From Candidatus Hydrogenedentota bacterium (GTDB lineage Bacteria > Hydrogenedentota > Hydrogenedentia > Hydrogenedentales > SLHB01): 64,000 nt of DNA. The DNA lies in the NCBI GenBank assembly GCA_963674865.2, contig CAXXYE010000004.1, forward strand, positions 160,001 to 224,000. The letters run 5' to 3'. Shown one piece after another: positions 19,801 to 29,767 of the stretch. A program made the translations under genes and the position numbers. The first letter of the stretch is position 1. Every line of letters starts with the position of its first letter. The notes beneath the pieces were generated by a model, which ran no database searches, was not told the DNA's origin, and saw only the letters and a list, made by a program, of their open reading frames with translations.

Positions 19801-22800
19801 GCTTGACGTGAGCGATGACGATTCGGTTAAGGACGGCGTATTCCGGCCTCTCGGCGGCTCGGGGACTGGAAACGGGGCCTATGAGGGTGGTGAAAGCTAC
19901 ACCGTAGACACGGCGGGCCCCGGCATAACCATCAGCGCGCCCTCTTCAAACTCCACGATCCTGGGCCCTGTGTTGTATACCGTCATCTACACCGACGCCG
20001 ACGCGGTGACACTCGCCGCGGGCGATGTGACGCTCAATACGACCGGCACGGCCGTTGGGACGGTTGCGGTTACGGGCGCCGGCAATGTCAGCCGCACCGT
20101 TCAAGTGACATCAGTAAGCGGTGTGGGCACGATTAGTATTTCCATTGCTGCCGGCACGGCTACAGACGCGAACGGCAATCCATCCCTGGCTGCGGGGCCG
20201 AGTCAGGTGTTTCAGGTTACCAACCCGGATTCGGACGGCGACGGGATCAACGACCAGGAGGAAGCCGCCAACGGCCTCAATCCCAACAATCCGAATGACG
20301 GCGTCGCGGATGTCGACGGCGACGGCTTGCTCGAGGCCCAGGAGATCAACACGTTTGGGACGGAGATTCTGGAGGCGGATACCGACGGTGACGGTATGGC
20401 GGACGGATTTGAGGCAATGTATGGACTTGCGCCTCTAGACGATAGCGATGCAGGCGAGGATGCCGACGGCGACGGCCTAACCAATCTTGATGAGTACCTC
20501 CAGCGCTCGAATCCCAACGATCCTAACAGTCCGCGTCGCACGTTCTTTGTTTCGACGGCGGGGAGCGACGTCGCCGGCGACGGCACGGCGAATGCCCCCT
20601 GGCGCTCCATCGGATACGCCATCGGCCAAACGGGGGCAAAGCAGACGTCCATGGCCATCGTCGTCTTGCCGGGGACGTACAGCGAGACGGTAGTCCTGAG
20701 GCCGGGACTCACGCTGCGGGGCTCGCTGACGGGAACGGCGATCATCGAGGGAAGCGGCCCCACCGTAGTTACGGGGGCCGAGGGCTGTGCACTTCAGAAT
20801 GTCACCATTTCTCAGGCGGCGGATGATCCCACCCCCGAGACGACACTATTGCTCTTGGAGGATGTGTCCGTCGAGGTTCGGGATGTGACGTTTCGCGGGA
20901 ATACGGCCCGCCAGGCAACCGGTATCGTGGTGCGGGGCCTTCTTCCAGGCACATCGCTAATCACCGACTGCGATTTCAGCCGGCTGGGCATTGGCATCGA
21001 GGTGTTCGGCGCGGTTCGGGCCATTCGGCGATGCGTCTTTGACGATCTGGCGCAATACGCGGTGGTGTTCCGCGAGATTCCGGGAGGAAAGAGCCTCTTT
21101 GCGGAGAAAATGCTGGGCGACGCTGACGATCCCAATACCGGCTACAACACCTTTGGCGAGACGGATACAGGTATTGCCGTTCGCAATGAGCGGGACGACG
21201 TGATCGCCATGGAGAACAACGACTGGGGCGTTGGGGCGAGCAAGGACGCCTCCGACCGTGTCGAAGGGCCTGCCGATCAGGAGCCGGCGCTCGCTGAGGG
21301 CGCGGGCTTGTTGGTGGCGGCGGTGAATTGCGTTCTCCTGGACCACTATTCGCTCTCACCAATCAGCGGAGGTTCGGCCACCGTGGGAACGTACACGGTG
21401 ACGGCGGATACCAACGGCGTCTATGTCTTCGCCTGTGTTGCGCCGGGCACGTATGACATGTCGGCCTCGGCCTCCGATTACAACACGATGACAAAGAACA
21501 ACGTGGTCGTCGCCGAAAGCGCCGTCATGGCCGTCACGTTTGACCTGATGCCGGATTCGACGGCGACGGACACCGACGGCGATGGGTTGAGCGATACCTA
21601 TGAGGGGCAAATCGGCACCGACCCGCTGAAGAAGGATACTGACGGCGACGGAATGAATGACGATGTCGAGATTGCCTACGGCACGGATCCTACGGATGGC
21701 AGCGACCCGGGCTGCCTTCGTCCCGGTGCGCCTGCCAATGTATCGGCTTCGGACGGCGCCTACGCGGATCGCGTGAGCTTGACGTGGGTGTCCTCCGGCA
21801 CAGGAGTGACGTACAAGGTCTACCGAAACAGCGTTGATGATTCCTCAACCGCAACGGCCTTGTCGGGCTGGATTTCCGCCACTCAGTACGATGATATGAC
21901 GGCCGCCGCACCGGCCTCCTCGTCGGGCGGGGGATGTGGTGGCGGGTCGACGCAGTACACCCACTATTACTACTGGGTCAAAGCAAACAACAGCTGCGGC
22001 GAAAGCCTGTTCAGTGATTCCGATTCAGGCTACCGCGGAAAAAGCGCCGCCAAGGCCGGTAGCCTGTTGGATATTGTCTCGCATCTAGGGGCCGACGAGC
22101 GCTTCATCTACGAGAAGGCCCTGCCGTCGTCGTCCGAAGAAGGCGTCCCGGCTCTGGTCGACCCGGACGGCCCACTCGCCGTGAGGCTGCGCAGCGAAGG
22201 GCCGATTGACCCCGAGAGTATCTGGGCCTGGGTGGCATGCTCCGATCCCGAGTCGGTGGCGATCCGTTGGATGCCTGCGGGCGAAGGCGAATTGCGCGAT
22301 TTGTGGGTTATTGCCGAGCCTCAACGTCGTTGGGCGCCTGGGGAAGAAGTCACGTTTACAGCGGGCGCTGACGAGATCGACTCCGTGGCTTTCCAGTTCC
22401 GTGTCCGGATGAAGGGCGGACTGTCCGAGCCGGCCGTATCTCAGCCGGAGGTCGCCGGCCTCAATGAGCCCGCTGTCGAAGTGTTCCAGCTCGACCCTGC
22501 CAGCCTTCCCGAGCTGGAGAGCGGCGTCGGCACGGCCTTCAGAATTGGCCCCGCGGAGGTCTTTGACGCGCCGAGACGCGTCTGGTTGCCTCTCCCTGCC
22601 GACATGACGGCTGGCCAGGTTGAACTCCGGTATTTCCACGAGGCGGAACCTGGCCGGGGATGGTATCCGGCGGCGAACGTGCTTGGGTGGGCTGAGAGCG
22701 CGAGTGAACTCGAATGCACGAGTGCGGGTGTCCGCTACGTTGGCATGGCAGTGCGCCACGGAGGCATTGCGCGGCTCCGATGCGCAAGCCAGGCGACCTC

Positions 22801-22939
22801 ACAATCTGCCGCAGTCTTGCCGCTGGGCGGCCTGAACCGCGGTAACGCGGGCGACCTGCTCATGCTGATAGGCGTGAGCGTCGCACTCCTGCTTGCGGGG
22901 AAGCGTAGTGTCGCTCGTAGGAGCCCTGGGAGGCGTTGA
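16835..22939 (+). CDS. Large secreted, membrane-anchored surface protein: right-handed beta-helix (DUF1565/pectin-lyase-like) modules, Ig-like domains, DxDxDG Ca-binding repeats, FN3-like domain, C-terminal TM anchor
   Basis: Signal peptide; repeated VWVAEGxY, GGG-N-A beta-helix repeats and DIGxxE (choice-of-anchor-Q-like) ends; DTDGDG repeats; hydrophobic C-terminus with basic tail. Confidence 0.85.
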   Translation: MKTAKMGAFLGVLGLFVGHLASAQIHVDVNSDATTPDGLSWDTAYTTIQEGIDHPDATIYPVWVAEGEYVESIALKSGVKVYGGYPKGGGTRDTAANVTIINGNGAYHTVTIGSGAAAITNALVDGFTIKGGNADGTGGAESYYGGGVFFENADTTNGLANCLIEGNQAGFGAGIACYAAASPLISDCTINSNVASISGGGLAAFGTCAPGVSRCVFAANSATQNGGGVYLSNGDQTLSNCIFDSNDAAQGGGMYCTTSSGAAVTQEVRHCTFYGNTAGENGGGLFCASAMRGKVLSIANSIFMGNGQYAVYEAPDADLEPNIVKCLFYENPDGDYYDSMTDAQTGADNINLNVTGALNNLEGNPRFVDALAGDFHLQDGSVALERGSADWAVPVDIDGEGRPGNDGLIDIGVDEADALTAPADATAPVSRVRGLPAATPAAVFNVPYRVSDTASGFQYVELYYRYNGGAWTKYGGTYADNPISFDSAATGGDGRYDFYTIATDEANNVEAAPAEADDSTVVITAFAGATVYVDQDATGAETGASWANALHEIGAGVIVAINFGADQVWVAEGTYSEAITIDDIVKVYGGFTGVEADLVSRDPVANVTTIDGSQADYGAPAKHVVYLEYTTDSWLDGFTITGGQADRGFEPDNGGGGIYCDQVDNTNTIAQCVISDNAAALRGAGVCLINASPGIVGCSITENTSQGSGGAIFCQDASPALTNCVIAANTAVGPGGAIHSGHDASPTITNCSICDNTSSGMGGGFFCGSYNPISPVITNTVFRGNAEYAICRSNEGGSTPNLQVSYCLFYSNQFYDSDLGADQPGDIYDAYGAANPYAGATDVNGLAWASDCLDGAPAFISLAAGDYRLRYNSACIDAGDSATGGLPDTDAAGNPRIVNGLVDIGAYELNDLTAPGVVSVLRMDPSPTTSATVRFSVTFSEEVSGVDASDFALIAAGKALSGATIQSVTGVGDTYTVTVSTGTGEGTLRLDVSDDDSVKDGVFRPLGGSGTGNGAYEGGESYTVDTAGPGITISAPSSNSTILGPVLYTVIYTDADAVTLAAGDVTLNTTGTAVGTVAVTGAGNVSRTVQVTSVSGVGTISISIAAGTATDANGNPSLAAGPSQVFQVTNPDSDGDGINDQEEAANGLNPNNPNDGVADVDGDGLLEAQEINTFGTEILEADTDGDGMADGFEAMYGLAPLDDSDAGEDADGDGLTNLDEYLQRSNPNDPNSPRRTFFVSTAGSDVAGDGTANAPWRSIGYAIGQTGAKQTSMAIVVLPGTYSETVVLRPGLTLRGSLTGTAIIEGSGPTVVTGAEGCALQNVTISQAADDPTPETTLLLLEDVSVEVRDVTFRGNTARQATGIVVRGLLPGTSLITDCDFSRLGIGIEVFGAVRAIRRCVFDDLAQYAVVFREIPGGKSLFAEKMLGDADDPNTGYNTFGETDTGIAVRNERDDVIAMENNDWGVGASKDASDRVEGPADQEPALAEGAGLLVAAVNCVLLDHYSLSPISGGSATVGTYTVTADTNGVYVFACVAPGTYDMSASASDYNTMTKNNVVVAESAVMAVTFDLMPDSTATDTDGDGLSDTYEGQIGTDPLKKDTDGDGMNDDVEIAYGTDPTDGSDPGCLRPGAPANVSASDGAYADRVSLTWVSSGTGVTYKVYRNSVDDSSTATALSGWISATQYDDMTAAAPASSSGGGCGGGSTQYTHYYYWVKANNSCGESLFSDSDSGYRGKSAAKAGSLLDIVSHLGADERFIYEKALPSSSEEGVPALVDPDGPLAVRLRSEGPIDPESIWAWVACSDPESVAIRWMPAGEGELRDLWVIAEPQRRWAPGEEVTFTAGADEIDSVAFQFRVRMKGGLSEPAVSQPEVAGLNEPAVEVFQLDPASLPELESGVGTAFRIGPAEVFDAPRRVWLPLPADMTAGQVELRYFHEAEPGRGWYPAANVLGWAESASELECTSAGVRYVGMAVRHGGIARLRCASQATSQSAAVLPLGGLNRGNAGDLLMLIGVSVALLLAGKRSVARRSPGRR

Positions 22940-22988
22940 GCACCCCTTCTATCGGGGCGGCCGAGACCTTCGGCCTCTCGGGCAGAAC

Positions 22989-23822
22989 CTAGGACTGGCT
23001 CGTCTCAGGGGCCATATTCTGCCAAATGTCGGCGAGGCCCTCGCCCCGCTGATTTGGCATGTCAACAGGGCGGGCGCGGTACGGCCCACGTTCGAAGTCC
23101 TCCGGGTAGGCAGATGGCCATGGCTGGGGCGTCACGTGCACCTCATAGTACCGCGTTTCGAGCGACTCGAACGGCTCCGAGCGTATCCGCTTCGGTGTGC
23201 TGATCCAGATGAACCCCTTCTCGACGGAGTAGTCGAGACCCAAGGGCCGCAGAAGCGCGTCGAGGGCTTGGGACAGGGGAACGTTTTGCAGCCTGACACG
23301 CGGGACGTACCCGTCGGTGACGGCCGAAGCCGGCAAGTCTCGGGAGGACGGCCTCGGGGACGTGGTGAGTGTGGTGACGACTGGTACGGGCTGTGCACTG
23401 GGCTCGTGTATCGCGGGCCTGGCGGGACGCTCTGAGGCGCGCACCGGCTCGTCAGCGGCGGCTGAGGGCGCTGGCGCCGAACGCAAGGCCCTGATCTGTT
23501 TCCATGCCTCGTGCAGGGCAGCCCGCTGCGTCGGATCGGTATCGATCACCACCTGCCGCGGAGCCACCTTCGCCTTGGGCACCGCGATGGCCCGGCCGTC
23601 CCACGGCGTCTGGATGTAATACATGGAGCGGCCTTCGCGGACGTACACACCCTCATAAATCTTTCCGCCAAAATGGATTGAGTCTGCCGCGCAGATGCCG
23701 CTTATTCCGAAGCACAGGAGTATCCAGGCAAACAGCAGCGTCTTGCGTTGAGACGAGGGCCGGACGTTCTCCCTCCTTGCTGGTATCGAAGGATTCTTAC
23801 TGGTAGGTCGTAGCTCACACAT
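22989..23822 (-). CDS. Exported hypothetical protein with a secretin N-terminal (STN-like) domain
   Basis: GGAGAGG RBS; hydrophobic signal segment; Pro/Ala linker; NVPLSQALDALLRPLGLDYSVEKGFIWIST motif. Confidence 0.6.
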   Translation of the reverse strand: MCELRPTSKNPSIPARRENVRPSSQRKTLLFAWILLCFGISGICAADSIHFGGKIYEGVYVREGRSMYYIQTPWDGRAIAVPKAKVAPRQVVIDTDPTQRAALHEAWKQIRALRSAPAPSAAADEPVRASERPARPAIHEPSAQPVPVVTTLTTSPRPSSRDLPASAVTDGYVPRVRLQNVPLSQALDALLRPLGLDYSVEKGFIWISTPKRIRSEPFESLETRYYEVHVTPQPWPSAYPEDFERGPYRARPVDMPNQRGEGLADIWQNMAPETSQS

Positions 23823-23973
23823 TGCACTGCCTCTCCCCGGTGTAGGCCCGCCGCCCCTACCTCATGTCTTCCTTCGAACCAAGTATACCATCTACTGACG
23901 AAACCTGCTCGGCAAGTTGCACATATGCCAGATGTTAGAGGGTGAGAACCGGAAAAAGTCCCGCGAAAATAGG

Positions 23974-24003
23974 TTGCGCTCTTTGGTGGGGCCGCTGTAT
24001 AGT
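23974..24003 (+). promoter_or_regulatory. Putative sigma70 promoter for moxR
   Basis: TTGCGC-N18-TATAGT. Confidence 0.4.
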
Positions 24004-24035
24004 CTTGCAGGGGATATAGTCAATGGGGAGGCATC

Positions 24036-24992
24036 TTGGGCGAACTTCGACAGACTATCAAAGATGTCATCGCCAATGTCGAGAAGGTGATTCTGGACAA
24101 AGGCAAGACGGTGAGGATGGCCCTTGCCGCCGTGTTGGCCGGGGGACACGTACTGCTCGAGGATGTGCCCGGTGTGGCCAAGACCATGCTCGTCAGGGCT
24201 TTGGCCATTTCGAGCGGGTGTTCCTTTGTGCGCGTCCAGTGTACGCCCGACTTGTTGCCGACGGACGTCACGGGAGTTTCCGTATTCAACCAGGAGACGC
24301 GGAAGTTCGAGTTTCGGCCGGGGCCGATCTTCTCTCAAATCGTGGTGGCTGACGAGATCAATCGCGCTACGCCCCGCACCCAGTCGGCCTTGCTCGAGGC
24401 CATGGCGGAGGGCCAGGTGTCCGCGGATGGGACGACCTACAAGCTCAAGCAGCCGTTCATCGTGTTCGCCACACAGAATCCCGTGGAACATGAAGGGACA
24501 TTTCCCCTCCCGGAGGCCCAACTCGACCGCTTCATGCTCAAGCTGTCTTTGGGCTATCCCAACCTGATCGCCGAAGCGGATATGCTTGAAAGGACACGGC
24601 TGAGTCATCCCATCAACGCCCTTGAACCAGTGACGGACCCGACGACTATCCTGCAAATGCAGACTCTGGTGCGCGAGATCTTTGTCCATGAGAAGGTCCG
24701 GGACTACATCCTGAGGTTGGTGAACTGGACTCGCGACTCGACGCACCTGACCTTAGGTGGAAGTCCCCGGGCATCTATGGCGCTGTTTCGGGCTTCGCAG
24801 GCTTTGGCCGCCGTACAGGGGCGAACGTATGTTCTCCCCGACGATGTCAAAGTCCTCTTCCGGCCCGTCCTGGACCACCGGCTTATCCTTAACCCTGAAA
24901 GCAGGTTACGGCGAGTGACGACGGAAGTGGTTCTGCGTGAGACTTTGGAGCGTGTCGCCGTTCCGGCTGGGCAGGCCTCCTGGAAGAAGTAG
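24036..24992 (+). CDS. moxR: MoxR-family AAA+ ATPase
   Basis: GHVLLEDVPGVAKT, QCTPDLLPTD, ADEINRA, ATQNPVE and PLPEAQLDRF motifs. Confidence 0.93.
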   Translation: MGELRQTIKDVIANVEKVILDKGKTVRMALAAVLAGGHVLLEDVPGVAKTMLVRALAISSGCSFVRVQCTPDLLPTDVTGVSVFNQETRKFEFRPGPIFSQIVVADEINRATPRTQSALLEAMAEGQVSADGTTYKLKQPFIVFATQNPVEHEGTFPLPEAQLDRFMLKLSLGYPNLIAEADMLERTRLSHPINALEPVTDPTTILQMQTLVREIFVHEKVRDYILRLVNWTRDSTHLTLGGSPRASMALFRASQALAAVQGRTYVLPDDVKVLFRPVLDHRLILNPESRLRRVTTEVVLRETLERVAVPAGQASWKK

Positions 24993-25047
24993 TCGTATGA
25001 AATGTAGTGGCGTCAAGCTTCGCGGGGGCTTGATTTTGCCTTTCTGA

Positions 25048-25076
25048 TTGATTCCAGCCCGTCCTTCCTCTATCAT
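25048..25076 (+). promoter_or_regulatory. Putative sigma70 promoter for the kinase / L,D-transpeptidase pair
   Basis: TTGATT-N17-TATCAT. Confidence 0.45.
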
Positions 25077-25118
25077 AGTGCTGACTTGTCAAGTAAGAAC
25101 TGGGATCCTGGCTGAGAT

Positions 25119-26078
25119 ATGTTACGACGCCTCAGAATCAAGAAGAAGCCCAAGAAGGACTCGAAGTCGTCCGACCAGAACTTCCGCGACGAGGAAGAGC
25201 GGGATGTTGACCTGAGCGAGGCGGAACTCGAGCTGACGCGGGTCGACCGCTACGAGATTGTGGCCCCTATCGGAACCGGCGGCATGGGTACCGTGTACAA
25301 GGCCATCGACCGCGAACGGGACCAGACGGTCGCGATCAAGGTCTTGGATCGGCGGTACGACCTCGATAAGAAGCGTCGGAAGCGCGACTACCTCGGCCGC
25401 GAGATTCTGATCGCGGCGTCGCTCAACCACGACAACATCATCCGCATGCACAAGGAGATCATCGAGCAGGAAGACTCGCAGGGGAACGTGCGAAGGTGCC
25501 TGCTGATGGAGTACGTGGACGGCCACAACCTCCGTAAACACATTGTCGACCGCGACCTTACCGTTCCGCAGATGCTCGACCTGTGCGTTCGCCTGTGTAC
25601 CGGCCTCGACTTCCTGCACCAGAACAACATCGTGCACCGCGACGTGAAGCCGGAGAACTTCCTGTTGTCGCGGGACTTGAAGCAGGTGAAGATCTGCGAC
25701 TTCGGCTTGTCGAAATCGAGTGCCAGTTGGCGCACGCGATGGGTGAAAGAAGGCGGCGGCACGCGCCGTTATATGTCGCCCGAGCAGCTGGCCAAGAAGA
25801 AGCTTGACGCCCGGTCGGATATCTTCTCGTTCGGCATCACGATGTACGAACTGCTCACGGGGAAGCATCCCTGTTCGGGAAATGACGCTCGGGAGATACA
25901 GCGGCAGATCCGGAGCAGTCGCTACAAGTTCGAGCCTCCCTCGAAGTTCTGTCCCGAGATCCCGCCACACCTGGACAAGATTATTCTCAAAGCCCTCCGG
26001 CGGAAGCAGGAGAGCCGGTATCAATCTGTCACCGAAATGCTTCTTGACCTGTCGCGCATTGGAGAATCACGCATTTAA
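25119..26078 (+). CDS. Hanks-type Ser/Thr protein kinase (catalytic domain only)
   Basis: IGTGGMGTVY, VAIK, HRDVKPEN, DFG, YMSPEQ and DIFSFG motifs; no TM or sensor domain. Confidence 0.95.
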   Translation: MLRRLRIKKKPKKDSKSSDQNFRDEEERDVDLSEAELELTRVDRYEIVAPIGTGGMGTVYKAIDRERDQTVAIKVLDRRYDLDKKRRKRDYLGREILIAASLNHDNIIRMHKEIIEQEDSQGNVRRCLLMEYVDGHNLRKHIVDRDLTVPQMLDLCVRLCTGLDFLHQNNIVHRDVKPENFLLSRDLKQVKICDFGLSKSSASWRTRWVKEGGGTRRYMSPEQLAKKKLDARSDIFSFGITMYELLTGKHPCSGNDAREIQRQIRSSRYKFEPPSKFCPEIPPHLDKIILKALRRKQESRYQSVTEMLLDLSRIGESRI

Positions 26079-27313
26079 TGCATGTTCGTAAGAGGGACGA
26101 TCCGAGTCTCGGCAAGATTGTCGTCATCATTCTCCTCGTTGGCATTGCCCTTCTAGGGATTGCCAAGTTCTCTCAATGGTTCAACGAGAAGTACATCGGG
26201 GGCAATATTGCGGCGACCGCGCCCGCGAGTATCGCCGAGGCCGAACAGCACATCGATGAAGGAGCCGTTGAGGAGGCCCGGCGTCTCCTCAATCCTATCG
26301 TCAAGCGCCTGGACGACCCGGCCCTCACGCCTCGGGCCATGATGCTGTTGGCCCGGATCGAGCGGGACGCCGGCAACGTTGAGGGCGCGCGGGAATTGCT
26401 GGAGCGCGCTTCGCAGGAGTTCCCCACCAGCGCGGAGCAGCCGCGCGCTATGATTGCCTTGGCGCGCCTACTGGAAGACGCCGGGCAGGTCGAAGAGGCG
26501 CGCGCCCTATACCAGACGGTGCGAGATAATGCGCCGCCCAAGCTTAGGGCGCCTGCCACGGCAGCCGTCGGGCGGTACGTGGAGCGGGAGGGCGAATTGG
26601 CCCGCGCGCGCGATCTGTATCGCGAAGCGGTGTCCGAGGCCGAGTGGGGCGGGGAAGCGTGGAACGAAGCCCTTGATGCCATGGGGCGGCTGAATGTGAA
26701 GCTCATTTTCGCGCCCCAGGAAACGCCGGACTGCAAGTACTACACCGTCGAGCCGGGGGACACGATTACGGGCATTGGGATCAAGCTGAACACGACCCAG
26801 GGACTTCTTCTCCGGGCTAACGGCATCGAGGATGCGTCGAAACTGCGGCCCGGCCAGCGTCTGAAATACACGCCAAAGGACTTCCAGATCGTCATTGAGC
26901 GCTCGAGTTGTCAGTTGTTTCTGCTTGATGACGGCGGCCTGTTCAAGAGATATGCCGTGGGACTTGGCAAGAAGGGACATGAGACGACGCTGGGGAACTA
27001 TAAGATCGGCAGTAAGCAGAAGGATCCCACCTGGTATTGCCCCGAGGGAAGGGTGATTCCTCCCGGCGACCCCGAGAACGAACTTGGTACCAGATGGATG
27101 CCACTCGTTCCCGAGGAGGAGGGCCTTCCCAGCGATCTGGGAATTCATGGTACCATCGCCCCCGAGACGGTCGGGGAGTTCTCTTCAAAGGGCTGCGCCC
27201 GAATGATTCCCGAGGAGGTCGAGGAACTCTACGATCTGGTGGTGCGTTCAACGCCGGTCTCCATCGTCGAGACCTACCGTCAAGACGGGGCCGTCACTGA
27301 GGGCGGCGAGTGA
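26078..27313 (+). CDS. Membrane-anchored L,D-transpeptidase with TPR and LysM domains
   Basis: N-terminal TM; TPR-like helices; LysM (YTVEPGDT); YkuD motif GIHGT...SKGCARM. Confidence 0.9.
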   Translation: MHVRKRDDPSLGKIVVIILLVGIALLGIAKFSQWFNEKYIGGNIAATAPASIAEAEQHIDEGAVEEARRLLNPIVKRLDDPALTPRAMMLLARIERDAGNVEGARELLERASQEFPTSAEQPRAMIALARLLEDAGQVEEARALYQTVRDNAPPKLRAPATAAVGRYVEREGELARARDLYREAVSEAEWGGEAWNEALDAMGRLNVKLIFAPQETPDCKYYTVEPGDTITGIGIKLNTTQGLLLRANGIEDASKLRPGQRLKYTPKDFQIVIERSSCQLFLLDDGGLFKRYAVGLGKKGHETTLGNYKIGSKQKDPTWYCPEGRVIPPGDPENELGTRWMPLVPEEEGLPSDLGIHGTIAPETVGEFSSKGCARMIPEEVEELYDLVVRSTPVSIVETYRQDGAVTEGGE

Positions 27314-27366
27314 AGGGCGGCAGTTGGCCAAACGCGCAGTGGGGCCTAGGATGCCCCGGTGATCCC

Positions 27367-27396
27367 TTGACATAAAATCCATGGTGACGAGATAAT
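27367..27396 (+). promoter_or_regulatory. Putative sigma70 promoter for the diguanylate cyclase
   Basis: TTGACA-N18-GATAAT. Confidence 0.5.
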
Positions 27397-27420
27397 CACT
27401 TGGTGAGAGGAACACGGGGC

Positions 27421-29091
27421 ATGAACTCCAAGCCGCCTTCCGAAACGCGCGACTTATTCGAGCGCATATTGCGGTGCGAGAAGGAAGCAGAGCACCAATA
27501 TGGCGGCGACGTGCTTGTCCCGGTGGACCATTTGCCCATCTTCCGGGTCCTTGCCGAGGAAATCTGCAAGCTCATGGCCGAGGAGCGCAGCGCGGGCGTA
27601 CTTGTCATCGTCGACGGCGCTACGGCCGCGCAGACGGAGTCTCTCGGCCGTCTCAGGACGGCGGCCGACCAGGTCGTCGTCATCGGGGAAAACGGGTTTG
27701 AGTGGGGCGGCAAGAACAAGGTCACCGTTTGCCCGACGGCGGAGAACATCACGCCGCAGGACCGGTTTCTCGTCGTGTTTTCCTCCTCTATCGCTCTTGC
27801 CGTGCTTGGAGAAGAGCGTGAGGGGGATGATGGGGCACAGACGTTTCACGGGGGGTGGTCCGCGTTGCGGTCGTGCGTGCGGAGAATAGCGCAGGCCCTT
27901 CTCGATGCCGCCGGGGTCGACCCGCCCGAGAGTTTCGGGCAGAAGCCTGAGGTGGGCGCCCAGACCCGGGCCGCGGCTTCGGCCATGCATCTTATGGCTT
28001 TGGTAACACGCCGGCTCGAGTCTCTGCAGAATGATGTTGTCATGGATAAGAACGAGCTGGCCTCGGTTCTTGACATTCTGAAAGCGATTTCGGCGAATCG
28101 TGGTACTCACGAGTTGTTCCTTCAATTTGTCCAGCACATCGCCGACGTAATCACGACAAACCGCTGTACCATCGTGAGTATCTCGGCGGATGCGCAGGAG
28201 GGCCATGTGCTGGCCTCGCACGAGGACCCAAGTGTCCGCGATATTCGCATCGACTTGAGTAAGTACCCGGAGCTGAAGCACGCCCTCGAGACGCGGGAAA
28301 AGGTGGTCATCAACGATGTCTGGCACCATCCTCTCACCGAGGGATTTACCGAGTACCTAAAGGTGACGCGATTCCGCTCGCTGATCGTGGTGCCCATCGT
28401 TCTGTTCGACGACGATGTCGGCACATTGCTGCTGCGGGCTGCGCGGCGTATCGGCTCTTTCGAGCAGCGTGAGATCAGTTTCTGTGAGGTTGTAGCAGAG
28501 GCGGCCGCGAACGCCCTTGAGCGTGCCCACCTTCTCGAAAGCCTTACGCAGGCCAACGAGCGCCTCGAACATCTCGCTGTCACCGATGGCCTCACGGGCA
28601 TCTACAATCACCGCTACTTTCGCGAGCGCCTTGAGGATGAGTATGAGCGTGCCATACGCTACGAAGTGCCCTTGTCGTGCATGATATTCGACATAGACGA
28701 CTTCAAATTGTTTAATGATACCTTCGGCCACGTGCAAGGCGACTCCATCCTTCGGGAAATCGCCGGCCGGACGTCGGACACGGTGCGAAAAACCGACGTC
28801 GTGGCGCGTTACGGGGGCGAGGAGTTCATCGTGATCATGCCGCAGACTGAGATTGAGGGGGCAATGGCTGAGGCGATGCGTCTCCAGCAGGAGCTCAGCA
28901 CCAAGCCCTACCCAGGGCTTCCGGAGGGGACTCAAGTTACGGTGAGTATGGGTGTCGCCGTGTTGGACGGGGACACGATGAAGGAATGTGAAGACCTTAT
29001 CCGCGTGGCGGATAAGGGCCTATACGAGGCCAAGGCCGGCGGCAAGAACAGAGTGGTCGCGGCCAGTGGTGATGGAGCGGAACCTGCATGA
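27421..29091 (+). CDS. Diguanylate cyclase with a DICT-like N-terminal domain and a GAF domain
   Basis: TDGLTG, DIDDFK, RxxD I-site (RKTD) and GGEEF; central GAF; N-terminal FLVV...FHGGWS pattern resembling DICT. Confidence 0.88.
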   Translation: MNSKPPSETRDLFERILRCEKEAEHQYGGDVLVPVDHLPIFRVLAEEICKLMAEERSAGVLVIVDGATAAQTESLGRLRTAADQVVVIGENGFEWGGKNKVTVCPTAENITPQDRFLVVFSSSIALAVLGEEREGDDGAQTFHGGWSALRSCVRRIAQALLDAAGVDPPESFGQKPEVGAQTRAAASAMHLMALVTRRLESLQNDVVMDKNELASVLDILKAISANRGTHELFLQFVQHIADVITTNRCTIVSISADAQEGHVLASHEDPSVRDIRIDLSKYPELKHALETREKVVINDVWHHPLTEGFTEYLKVTRFRSLIVVPIVLFDDDVGTLLLRAARRIGSFEQREISFCEVVAEAAANALERAHLLESLTQANERLEHLAVTDGLTGIYNHRYFRERLEDEYERAIRYEVPLSCMIFDIDDFKLFNDTFGHVQGDSILREIAGRTSDTVRKTDVVARYGGEEFIVIMPQTEIEGAMAEAMRLQQELSTKPYPGLPEGTQVTVSMGVAVLDGDTMKECEDLIRVADKGLYEAKAGGKNRVVAASGDGAEPA

Positions 29092-29648
29092 AGCGTTCGA
29101 CATTCTTGACAGTTGCGGTGATGCTTGCGGCGGGCTGCCAATCAGTTGTGGGCACGGTGGCGCATGTGAAGCCTGATTATTCGGAACTTCCTGCCGAAGC
29201 GGTGCGCGCGGCAGCCGAGCAAATCGAGCGGGATGTGATTGCGGGCCGCCGCGATGCGGATTTGCCTGCTGTCCAGGGACTTTCTCTCGACAGTGCCGCC
29301 GTTAAGCAAGCGGTTCGGACGCGGGCGGCGCGGGCGGAACTCGTCAATCAGTTGCTGGATGCGGGATATGCCTGGGAGAAGGGCAATGGCCACATATACC
29401 TGCGCCCCAACGGCGCCTACAAGAAGGCCACGACCCGCCAGCAGCGCGATCGGAATGCCATGATCGTTGCGGGGGAGACCAATGACCGCTGGGCTATCTA
29501 TGAGGGCATCATGGAAGCGAATCACCTTTCTCCCGGAGCGCTCTCGGCCGTTCAGAAGCTCTTCTTCGAGGCCCGGACGCAGGTGATGCGTGATGGGCAG
29601 CAGTACGAAGCTGCTTCCGGAGAGGTGGCCGTGAAGGGGCAGCGTTAA
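29088..29648 (+). CDS. DUF1318 / YdbL-like lipoprotein
   Basis: Lipobox LAAGC; ExxxG and ETNDRWAIY...GQQYE pattern; ATGA overlap with the cyclase. Confidence 0.65.
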   Translation: MKRSTFLTVAVMLAAGCQSVVGTVAHVKPDYSELPAEAVRAAAEQIERDVIAGRRDADLPAVQGLSLDSAAVKQAVRTRAARAELVNQLLDAGYAWEKGNGHIYLRPNGAYKKATTRQQRDRNAMIVAGETNDRWAIYEGIMEANHLSPGALSAVQKLFFEARTQVMRDGQQYEAASGEVAVKGQR

Positions 29649-29751
29649 GGGGCGGACGTTGCGGGATCGGTAACAGAGCATTCTGCGTAGCTGGGGGGAC
29701 ATCATTCACCTGCAGAATCGGACTGCCTGGGGGCGGGTATCCGGCGAGCAC

Positions 29752-29767
29752 ACACGTCCTTTGGATC
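29752..29767 (+). repeat. 16-bp target-site duplication, left copy (ACACGTCCTTTGGATC)
   Basis: Identical to 31350-31365. Confidence 0.92.
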
